From Candidatus Omnitrophota bacterium (GTDB taxonomy: Bacteria; Omnitrophota; Gorgyraeia; Zapsychrales; Fredricksoniimonadaceae): a DNA stretch of 64,000 bases. Positions 47,158 through 53,704 of the stretch are shown here, piece after piece. The translations under genes and the position numbers were made by a program. The number at the start of each line of letters is the position of its first letter. Positions within the stretch are counted from its first letter, which is position 1. The stretch lies in the NCBI GenBank assembly GCA_903860135.1, contig CAIOPG010000006.1, forward strand, positions 100,275-164,274. The letters are read 5' to 3'. Under the pieces are notes generated by a model. It made no database searches, was not told the DNA's origin, and worked only from the letters and a program-made list of their open reading frames with translations.

Positions 47158-47342
47158 TGACTGAGAAAATGGATAAGAAATGGACTACGCCGCAGTTGAT
47201 TCAGTTGGTTAGAGGTGGCGAGGAGGAGGGTGTGTTGGGGGTGTGCAAATACTATATGACTGGTGGTCCGATTTATAGAGATTGTGTAACATATGAGGCC
47301 GATATGTCTGCTTATACTTGTTTTGCATATTCACCGTCGTAA
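47158..47342 (+). CDS. candidate RiPP precursor peptide (61 aa; 71 aa if started at 47127)
   Basis: RBS GGAGGG lies 5 nt upstream of the ATG at 47158. The sequence is MTEKMDKKWTTPQLIQLVRGGEEEGVLGVCKYYMTGGPIYRDCVTYEADMSAYTCFAYSPS, with 3 Cys, 6 aromatic residues, a GG motif and a C-terminal Ser. It lies between the rSAM gene and the ABC exporter and is followed by an AT-rich spacer. Confidence 0.4.
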
Positions 47343-47491
47343 GACATGCGAATTAATAGTGTCAGTACTCCTCAAACTGATGAAGTAAAACAAGTTAAAT
47401 TGTAATTTGTTCAATACGGTCACTGATAATATTGACAGACAACTTGGAGTTGTTTGTAGCATTAGATTAACTAAACCAACTTAAGACAACG

Positions 47492-49270
47492 ATGAACCCT
47501 CCTTGGAATCTTTTAAAAGAATTCTATCATTTCCTTGTCCCTTATTACCGCAAACAGGGTGTCGCCTTGGTGCTGACACTTGCCGGTGTCCTGCTCAGCC
47601 TTGTCAATCCTTACTTGACTAAATTGATGGTGGATCGCGCGATCATGGGCAAAGACGTGAAGATGTTCTTGATCCTCGGTGGGATCGGTGCTGGGGTATT
47701 CCTGCTGAACAGTCTTGTCAACGCGGGGGCGGAATACATCACCAAGGATATCAGGATCAGGCTTGGCTTTGATCTTAACAGGAAAATATTCACGCACCTT
47801 CAGCGGCTCCCCTTGGGTTTCTTCAAGATCAGGTCTACTGGGGAACATATGTTCAAGGTCAACTATGATGTGGACCGGGTGGCGGATCTGTTGAGTTTTA
47901 TTCCCCGCGACGCGGTCAATATTTTCCCTAAATTCCTGTGTACGTTTGTGATCATTGCTTGGCTGGATGGGTCGATGGCACTTGTTGCCCTGCTGGTACT
48001 GCCATTGGTATTTTGGCCTGTCAACCGGATGACCCAACGGATGCAGGAGGTGTACCGCGCCATGGTTGACAGATCCCAGGACATTTTCAGGAAGATGGGA
48101 GAAATATTCTCGCACATATACTTGGCTAAGGTATTCGGGAAGGAGCGGGCACAGACACGCGGATACCTGCGCGCGGTGATCGCCCGTATGCGCTGGGAAT
48201 TCAGTAACATTCGCCTTGAGGTGCTTAATACGCTCATGGCCGGCAGCCTCAATCGCGCGATCATCGCTGTTCTTACTTTGTTCGGTGCCTGGCAGGTGAT
48301 GCAAGGCAAGGTGACGCTGGGGACATTGGCCGCGGTGCTGGTCTATCTGGCGGAACTGGTCTTGTTGCAGAGTAGTGTTGTGTTCCTTTTTCAGCGGGTG
48401 AGTATGGGGCTCATTTGTTGTGGCCGGCTGGACGCCTTGTTGAACCAACCGCCGCAAGAGCTTCACGCGGACGGGGCAAAAGTCAACATGAGCGATGCCG
48501 TGGATATTCGGTTTAAAAATGTGTCATTCGGGTATCGTCCCTCTGAGATCATCTTACGGGATACGGCGTTTGAAATACCCGGCGGCTGGGTGGCCCTGGC
48601 TGGCGCTTCGGGCTGCGGGAAGACGACCATCATCAATCTTCTGCTGGGGTTTTATCAGCCGTTCCAGGGGCAGATATTCGTCGGCGGCCATGATATGCGT
48701 GCCATCGACTTGGCTTTTTGGAGAAACCAGCTTGGCGTCGTGACACAAGAACCTTTCTTGTGGGATGACACGGTGGCGAATAATTTGAAATATGCCTGCC
48801 CGCACGCATCTGATGATGAGATGGCTCGCGTGGCTCAGATGACCGGGGTGAACAATATGATTCGGTCACTGCCCCACGGCTATAACACGCTCATTGGCGA
48901 GCGGGGGTGCCTGCTTTCCGAAGGGCAGAAGCAACGCATCGCTCTGGCCAGGGCCTTGCTCAAAAGGCCGAAGATCCTTATCCTGGACGAAGCCATGTCG
49001 TCCATCGATGCTTTAAGTGAAGAGCAGATCATCGCGGTTCTACGCGCGATCCCGGAGGTCACGCAGGTCTTGCTTGTATCGCATCGCTGGTCGACAGTGT
49101 CCAGTTGTGATCATGTGCTATATTTTAACGGTGACCGGCCGGTAATAACCGGTCAGCCTGCGGATCTTATGCAGCATAACGCGGCGTTTCGTGCCCTTTT
49201 CGCCCGTCAGATGAACAATGATCGGGAACATATTCATGCTATACCAGCACTGGAGAATGAACATGCCTGA
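47492..49270 (+). CDS. ABC exporter, fused permease + ATPase (no C39 peptidase domain)
   Basis: Six TMs, then Walker A (GASGCGKTT), the signature LSEGQKQRIALARA and Walker B (ILILDEA). Confidence 0.85.
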   Translation: MNPPWNLLKEFYHFLVPYYRKQGVALVLTLAGVLLSLVNPYLTKLMVDRAIMGKDVKMFLILGGIGAGVFLLNSLVNAGAEYITKDIRIRLGFDLNRKIFTHLQRLPLGFFKIRSTGEHMFKVNYDVDRVADLLSFIPRDAVNIFPKFLCTFVIIAWLDGSMALVALLVLPLVFWPVNRMTQRMQEVYRAMVDRSQDIFRKMGEIFSHIYLAKVFGKERAQTRGYLRAVIARMRWEFSNIRLEVLNTLMAGSLNRAIIAVLTLFGAWQVMQGKVTLGTLAAVLVYLAELVLLQSSVVFLFQRVSMGLICCGRLDALLNQPPQELHADGAKVNMSDAVDIRFKNVSFGYRPSEIILRDTAFEIPGGWVALAGASGCGKTTIINLLLGFYQPFQGQIFVGGHDMRAIDLAFWRNQLGVVTQEPFLWDDTVANNLKYACPHASDDEMARVAQMTGVNNMIRSLPHGYNTLIGERGCLLSEGQKQRIALARALLKRPKILILDEAMSSIDALSEEQIIAVLRAIPEVTQVLLVSHRWSTVSSCDHVLYFNGDRPVITGQPADLMQHNAAFRALFARQMNNDREHIHAIPALENEHA

Positions 49271-50264
49271 GGTTTATTTACCATCTCGAAAAGTTTCTGA
49301 TTTACCGCAGATACCGCTCGATGGTCGCATGGAATTCATGGAAAATTGCGGTTCGTGTGCGTCGCATAGAGAACACTGCCGATTTTATCAGATCGCCGGT
49401 CTATCGATCCGGGTGGAATCTGACTTGCCGATGTCCGACCAGACCTTTCATTTGAAATTTAAGCATTTTGAGATCAAAGTCCCTAAGGCTGACATGATCA
49501 CGATCAGGCATCATTTTAGTTTGCCGAACCTTGATGGGAAAGACCTTGGCCGTGAGGTTTATCGTAAGGTACCGTGGGCTATTTACAGAAAGGGAAATTC
49601 CTGGATATATCTTGGTATTGCACCGACGGAAGGAGACAATTCTCTGCACCGGGTTGTTCGCTGTAATGATGATCATACGCAGGTGACGATCTATAATGAT
49701 AAAATGACAGAGGATGAATTTCTGAAAGGTGAACAACATTCATTGACCTTTTTTCCGACGGACCAGATTCTGATAGCGCGTGTCCTGGCTGACAGGAATG
49801 CTTTTTACCTGCATTCCTGCGGTGTCAGGTTCCACGGTCAGGGTCTTCTTTTTGCCGGGCACTCCGAGGCTGGCAAGTCCACCACGGCCACTATGTTAAA
49901 AGACCGGGCTGACATCCTTTGTGATGACCGGATGATCATTCGGGGAACCGGCACGGACCAGGGATTCGATATCCATGGGACATGGAGCCATGGGGATGTG
50001 CCGGATGTGTCGGCGGGATCCGCGCCACTACGGGCGATCATGTTTCTGGAAAAATCCGATGCTAACAGGCTTATCCGTCTCCATGACAAGAAGGAAATCA
50101 TACGCAGGATGCTCGAATGCCTCATCAGGCCTTTTGTGACCGCGGATTGGTGGCATAAAACCCTGTCGGTCGTGGAAAGGGTCGTTGATAATGTACCCTG
50201 TTATGTGCTCAAATTCGACCGGAGCGGCAAAGTGGTAGACCTGTTGCAGAAGGAGTTGCAATGA
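49263..50264 (+). CDS. HPr-kinase C-terminal-domain-like P-loop protein (HprK-related kinase), putative peptide kinase
   Basis: P-loop LLFAGHSEAGKSTTATML followed by ...DDRMIIR.. resembles the HprK/P C-terminal kinase fold. The start was chosen at the ATG at 49263 (an 8-nt overlap with the ABC stop). Confidence 0.55.
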   Translation: MPEVYLPSRKVSDLPQIPLDGRMEFMENCGSCASHREHCRFYQIAGLSIRVESDLPMSDQTFHLKFKHFEIKVPKADMITIRHHFSLPNLDGKDLGREVYRKVPWAIYRKGNSWIYLGIAPTEGDNSLHRVVRCNDDHTQVTIYNDKMTEDEFLKGEQHSLTFFPTDQILIARVLADRNAFYLHSCGVRFHGQGLLFAGHSEAGKSTTATMLKDRADILCDDRMIIRGTGTDQGFDIHGTWSHGDVPDVSAGSAPLRAIMFLEKSDANRLIRLHDKKEIIRRMLECLIRPFVTADWWHKTLSVVERVVDNVPCYVLKFDRSGKVVDLLQKELQ

Positions 50265-51439
50265 CCGCTGAGGCTTATCTTGTTCGACGGAATGTTAACC
50301 AACCGTCTTCAGGAAAAATATCACCGCCGCGTCTTTTAGGACGATTGGATATGATCCTTACCGAGCGTTGCAATAATAATTGTGTTCATTGCTACATAAA
50401 TCTTCCATCCGGCGACCTAGATGCTAGGAAGAAAGAATTATCGACGGATGAAATAAAGAATATCCTCAAAGAAGCCGTAACGTTAGGGTGCATGATGGTG
50501 CGTTTCTCTGGTGGTGAGCCGCTGTTACGCGAGGATTTTGGGGAACTCTATCTTTTTGCCCGAAGGCAGGGGCTTAAGGTGGCGATCTTCACCAATGCCA
50601 CGTGCATCACGCCAGACCTTGCCGATCTCTTTGCGCGTATTCCACCCAAAGAAAAGATCGAGATCACGGTGTATGGGATGAAGCAAGAATCTTACGAGGC
50701 GGTGACGTGCGTGCCAGGCTCTTTTGCCAAAGCCTGGCGGGGGATTCATTTACTTCAGGAAAGAAAAGTTCCTTTTGTGGTCAAAGGGGCATTGTTGCCG
50801 GATAATAAGGATGATGTCGATGAATTTGAGGCCTGGGCCGCGACCATCCCATGGATGGAAAAACTGCCTGGGTATTCCATGTTCTTTGACCTGCGATGCC
50901 GCCGGGAGGAAGGTAAAAATCGCAGTATAATGGCGGTAAGAGCGACGCCGGAGAACGGGGTTAAATTCATGACGCGTAGAAAAGAAGAATTTCTAAAAGA
51001 CCAAAAGCAATTCTGCTCCCAATTCATGCGCCCTTCTGGCGACAAACTTTTTTCGTGTGGTTCGGGCAAAGGGGGTGGGTGCGTTGATGCGTATGGCGGG
51101 TTTCAGATGTGCATGATGCTCCTGCATCCTGATACGGTCTATGATCTTAAACAGGGCACGCTTCAAGATGCGCTTGAAAGATCTTTTCCGGCTTGCCGTA
51201 ACACGACGGCGGTGAATAAGGATTATCTGCAACGGTGTGCCCGGTGTTTTCTTAAAGGCTTGTGTGAACAGTGCCCGGCGAAGTCATGGGCCGAGCACGG
51301 CACCCTCGATACGCCCGTTGAATATTTCTGCCAGGTAGCACACGCCCAGGCGCGCTTCCTTGGATTGATCGGTGAAGGTGAGAAGGCATGGGAAGTAGTG
51401 GACGCGGAGCAAAGGATTGAGAAATTCGTTAATAGTTAA
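50261..51439 (+). CDS. radical-SAM/SPASM peptide-modifying enzyme (paralogue 2)
   Basis: CNNNCVHCY cluster, a C-terminal Cys cluster (CGSGKGGGC...CARCFLKGLCEQCPAKS), and clear paralogy to 45984..47126. Confidence 0.8.
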   Translation: MTAEAYLVRRNVNQPSSGKISPPRLLGRLDMILTERCNNNCVHCYINLPSGDLDARKKELSTDEIKNILKEAVTLGCMMVRFSGGEPLLREDFGELYLFARRQGLKVAIFTNATCITPDLADLFARIPPKEKIEITVYGMKQESYEAVTCVPGSFAKAWRGIHLLQERKVPFVVKGALLPDNKDDVDEFEAWAATIPWMEKLPGYSMFFDLRCRREEGKNRSIMAVRATPENGVKFMTRRKEEFLKDQKQFCSQFMRPSGDKLFSCGSGKGGGCVDAYGGFQMCMMLLHPDTVYDLKQGTLQDALERSFPACRNTTAVNKDYLQRCARCFLKGLCEQCPAKSWAEHGTLDTPVEYFCQVAHAQARFLGLIGEGEKAWEVVDAEQRIEKFVNS

Positions 51440-51448
51440 GGAGGTCGG

Positions 51449-51760
51449 ATGCAGAAACACGTTATATTAGAAAGTATTTACAAGCCTTCGGAAGATGTGG
51501 TGGCGCGGGATGTCCAAGGCGAATTTGTCATTATACCTATCACGAGCGGTATCGGTGACGGTCAGGATGACATTTTTACAATGAACGACACTGGTCGCGT
51601 TGTCTGGGATCACCTCGACGGCAAAAGGACGCTGAAAGAAATAGGGCTGGAACTTTCCGGAAACTACGACGCCGCACCCGGACAAGTCGAACAGGATGTT
51701 GCCGGTATTGTGCAGGAATTGTTGAATAAGAATATTGTAGTAGAAGTCCCTGCGGTTTGA
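51449..51760 (+). CDS. PqqD-family protein (stand-alone RiPP recognition element)
   Basis: About 100 aa; ...GEFVIIPI...FTMNDTGRVVWDHLDGKRTLKEIGLELS...DVAGIVQELLNKNIV matches the PqqD/RRE pattern. Confidence 0.65.
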   Translation: MQKHVILESIYKPSEDVVARDVQGEFVIIPITSGIGDGQDDIFTMNDTGRVVWDHLDGKRTLKEIGLELSGNYDAAPGQVEQDVAGIVQELLNKNIVVEVPAV

Positions 51761-51819
51761 TCGGATAGTGTCAAAAGTTTTATGAAGAATGTGCATAAAA
51801 AAGGATTTTGATATGAATT

Positions 51820-51852
51820 CCCCTCCCCGCTTCAGCGTGGGAGGGAGTTTTA
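51820..51852 (+). terminator. putative intrinsic terminator after pqqD-like gene
   Basis: GC-rich stem ccctccccgct / agcgtgggaggg with a 2-nt loop, followed by aGTTTTaa. Confidence 0.45.
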
Positions 51853-51929
51853 AGCTATTTAGATATAAGGGTTTTGCGAGTTGGAAGCTAGAACTTTTGA
51901 CAGAACACGCCTAAAAGCGAGGGTATCTT

Positions 51930-53027
51930 ATGCGTTGCTGTAACCGTCATTATCAGGATTTCTGCGGGCATATTTATAAATATGCCCCGGCCTGTGAGGC
52001 GATCAACAGCAAGGACGCGGTCAATGCGGCGTGTTCTTTAAGAAATCAAAGTGATACCGGTTTGGTTGTGCGATTTTTTGACTCTGGGCGAGAGATCGTC
52101 GACAAGAACAAGATGGTTTTCCATCCGCAGGGGATATGCATGTACCCGTGCATACGGCCCGGGGACAGGCTTCACATAGAATCGCGCTCGATAGAACAGG
52201 TCAAGATTGGGGATATTGCGGTGTATCGCCGGTTCAACCGGCTGTTTGCCCACCGTGTTATTGGCGCAGGCGAAAAGCTTGGTGCCCATTATATCATCAC
52301 CCGCCCTGATACGGCACCGCGCGGTGATGATGGTCCGACGTTCGATGAGGATATTCTGGGGGTTGTGGTGCGCCTTGAACGCAAGGGAAAGATACTGGGT
52401 ATTGTTCGCAAAACATACCCGCTGTTGCATAGAATACTCCTCGATATTCACGTTCTTCCGTATCGTTTGGCCGGTCAGCTTTGGGCTTGGCTTTCTTTTC
52501 ATTTAAGCCTTATTCAACAGTATTCATTCTACCGGGTCTTCGCGCAATACTTGTTTATGAACAAGAAGGTTGAATTTTCTCTGCAGGTCCCGATCAATGC
52601 CAGGCCGGACAGCCGGCTTTTTCAGAAACTTTCCCGTGAAGGATTGCTCGACCGGTTGAGCGCTGAAGAACCTGTTGCCAAATGGTCCCTGCACGTGGCA
52701 GTGAAGGCGAGATCTGTTGGGTATGTGTCATTCGTCCGTAAGCCAGAGTCCTGCCTTCACCGTGGCTGGTGGGTGTATGAAGCGCATATTGATCCTTTAT
52801 ATCGAGGGACAGCGGTTGAAACGAGATTGCTCCAGGAAGTTGTTCTTATCCTCGGTCGTGCCGGGATCAAAGCAGTTTCTGTCACCGCCTTCGGGGATGC
52901 GATAAAGGATCGGCTGTTTTTCAAGAATATGGGATTTAACGAAGTTTCTTCGTATCGAGATGTTTTGTTAAAAGGTCAATGCTACGGGGCTGTGGAACGG
53001 GTGATCATGAAAATGTATATTTGTTGA
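51930..53027 (+). CDS. S26/S24-like peptidase domain (apparent Cys/His variant) fused to a GNAT-like acetyltransferase domain, putative
   Basis: Signal-peptidase-like boxes: GICMYPCIRPGD (box B, with Cys at the Ser position), IGDIAVYRR (box C), LFAHRVIGAGE (box D, with His at the Lys position). The C-terminal ...YRGTAVETRLLQEVVLILGRAGIKAVSV...FFKNMGF resembles GNAT motif A. Confidence 0.4.
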   Translation: MRCCNRHYQDFCGHIYKYAPACEAINSKDAVNAACSLRNQSDTGLVVRFFDSGREIVDKNKMVFHPQGICMYPCIRPGDRLHIESRSIEQVKIGDIAVYRRFNRLFAHRVIGAGEKLGAHYIITRPDTAPRGDDGPTFDEDILGVVVRLERKGKILGIVRKTYPLLHRILLDIHVLPYRLAGQLWAWLSFHLSLIQQYSFYRVFAQYLFMNKKVEFSLQVPINARPDSRLFQKLSREGLLDRLSAEEPVAKWSLHVAVKARSVGYVSFVRKPESCLHRGWWVYEAHIDPLYRGTAVETRLLQEVVLILGRAGIKAVSVTAFGDAIKDRLFFKNMGFNEVSSYRDVLLKGQCYGAVERVIMKMYIC

Positions 53028-53081
53028 AAAATCGGGACACACTACTTACTGGTTTTAATGCACAAACCGGGTTTATTTTGT

Positions 53082-53105
53082 AACTTTCAGCCTGCTGGCG
53101 CGTTT
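53082..53105 (+). promoter_or_regulatory. possible ECF-type autoregulatory promoter (AAC – 16 nt – CGTTT) upstream of the ECF sigma gene
   Basis: tAACtttcagcctgctggcgCGTTTa lies 20 nt upstream of the ATG at 53126; the spacing fits ECF -35/-10 geometry. Confidence 0.3.
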
Positions 53106-53125
53106 AAAGGGTAGGAGAGGGCGAT

Positions 53126-53704
53126 ATGGAAAGAACGGATGAAGAACTGATCCGCGCGTATGCCTCCGGCGAACCGGACGCTGTGGGGCTGTTGTTTGCG
53201 CGGCACAAGGGGAGCATTTTCAATTTTGCCTTGCGGCTTATTGGCAACAGGGCAGATGCCGAAGATGTGACCAGCGATGTCTTTCTTCAGCTCTTTAACA
53301 GGCGCTATCAGGCAACCCCGCAGGCCAAATTCACCACCTGGCTTTTTACGGTGGCGCGCAATGCCTGTCTGTCCAGGATAAGGACCCGCAATATGCTGGG
53401 GTCTTTCTGGTTCAAGCGGGACGGCGACGATGGTTTTGAGGAACAGGAGATAGCTGATCCTGCGGGCAATCAAGGTGAGGCTTTAAGGAATAAGGAAAAA
53501 GCCAAGATGGTGAAGCAGGCCGTTATGGCCTTACCTCCGATGCAGAAAGAAGCGTTGATCCTGCGTGAGTATTGCAACAAGGATTATGCCGAGATCGCGG
53601 CGATCCTGGGCTGTTCCTTTGATAATGTTAAAGTGCTTATATTCCGCGGCCGCGAGCGTTTGCGCGTAAGCCTGGCCGCCTGGATGAAGGAGGAAACCCT
53701 ATGA
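53126..53704 (+). CDS. ECF (group IV) sigma-70 factor
   Basis: Region 2 (...DVTSDVFLQLF...) and region 4 (...EALILREYCNKDYAEIAAILGCSFDNVKVLIFRGRERLR). Confidence 0.85.
   Translation: MERTDEELIRAYASGEPDAVGLLFARHKGSIFNFALRLIGNRADAEDVTSDVFLQLFNRRYQATPQAKFTTWLFTVARNACLSRIRTRNMLGSFWFKRDGDDGFEEQEIADPAGNQGEALRNKEKAKMVKQAVMALPPMQKEALILREYCNKDYAEIAAILGCSFDNVKVLIFRGRERLRVSLAAWMKEETL

Noticed and set aside
47343-47491. AT-rich 150-nt spacer after the precursor ORF, considered as a small RNA or a second peptide gene (the 19-aa MRINSVSTPQTDEVKQVKL).
   Set aside because: There is no RBS, no Cys, and no convincing secondary structure. It is more likely an intercistronic spacer or attenuator that separates precursor from exporter expression.
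51813-51914. 33-aa ORF (MNSPPRFSVGGSFKLFRYKGFASWKLELLTEHA) between the pqqD-like gene and the peptidase gene, considered as a second precursor peptide.
   Set aside because: It coincides with the GC-rich terminator hairpin and its T-run, has no RBS, and has no Cys. It is most likely a non-coding terminator region.
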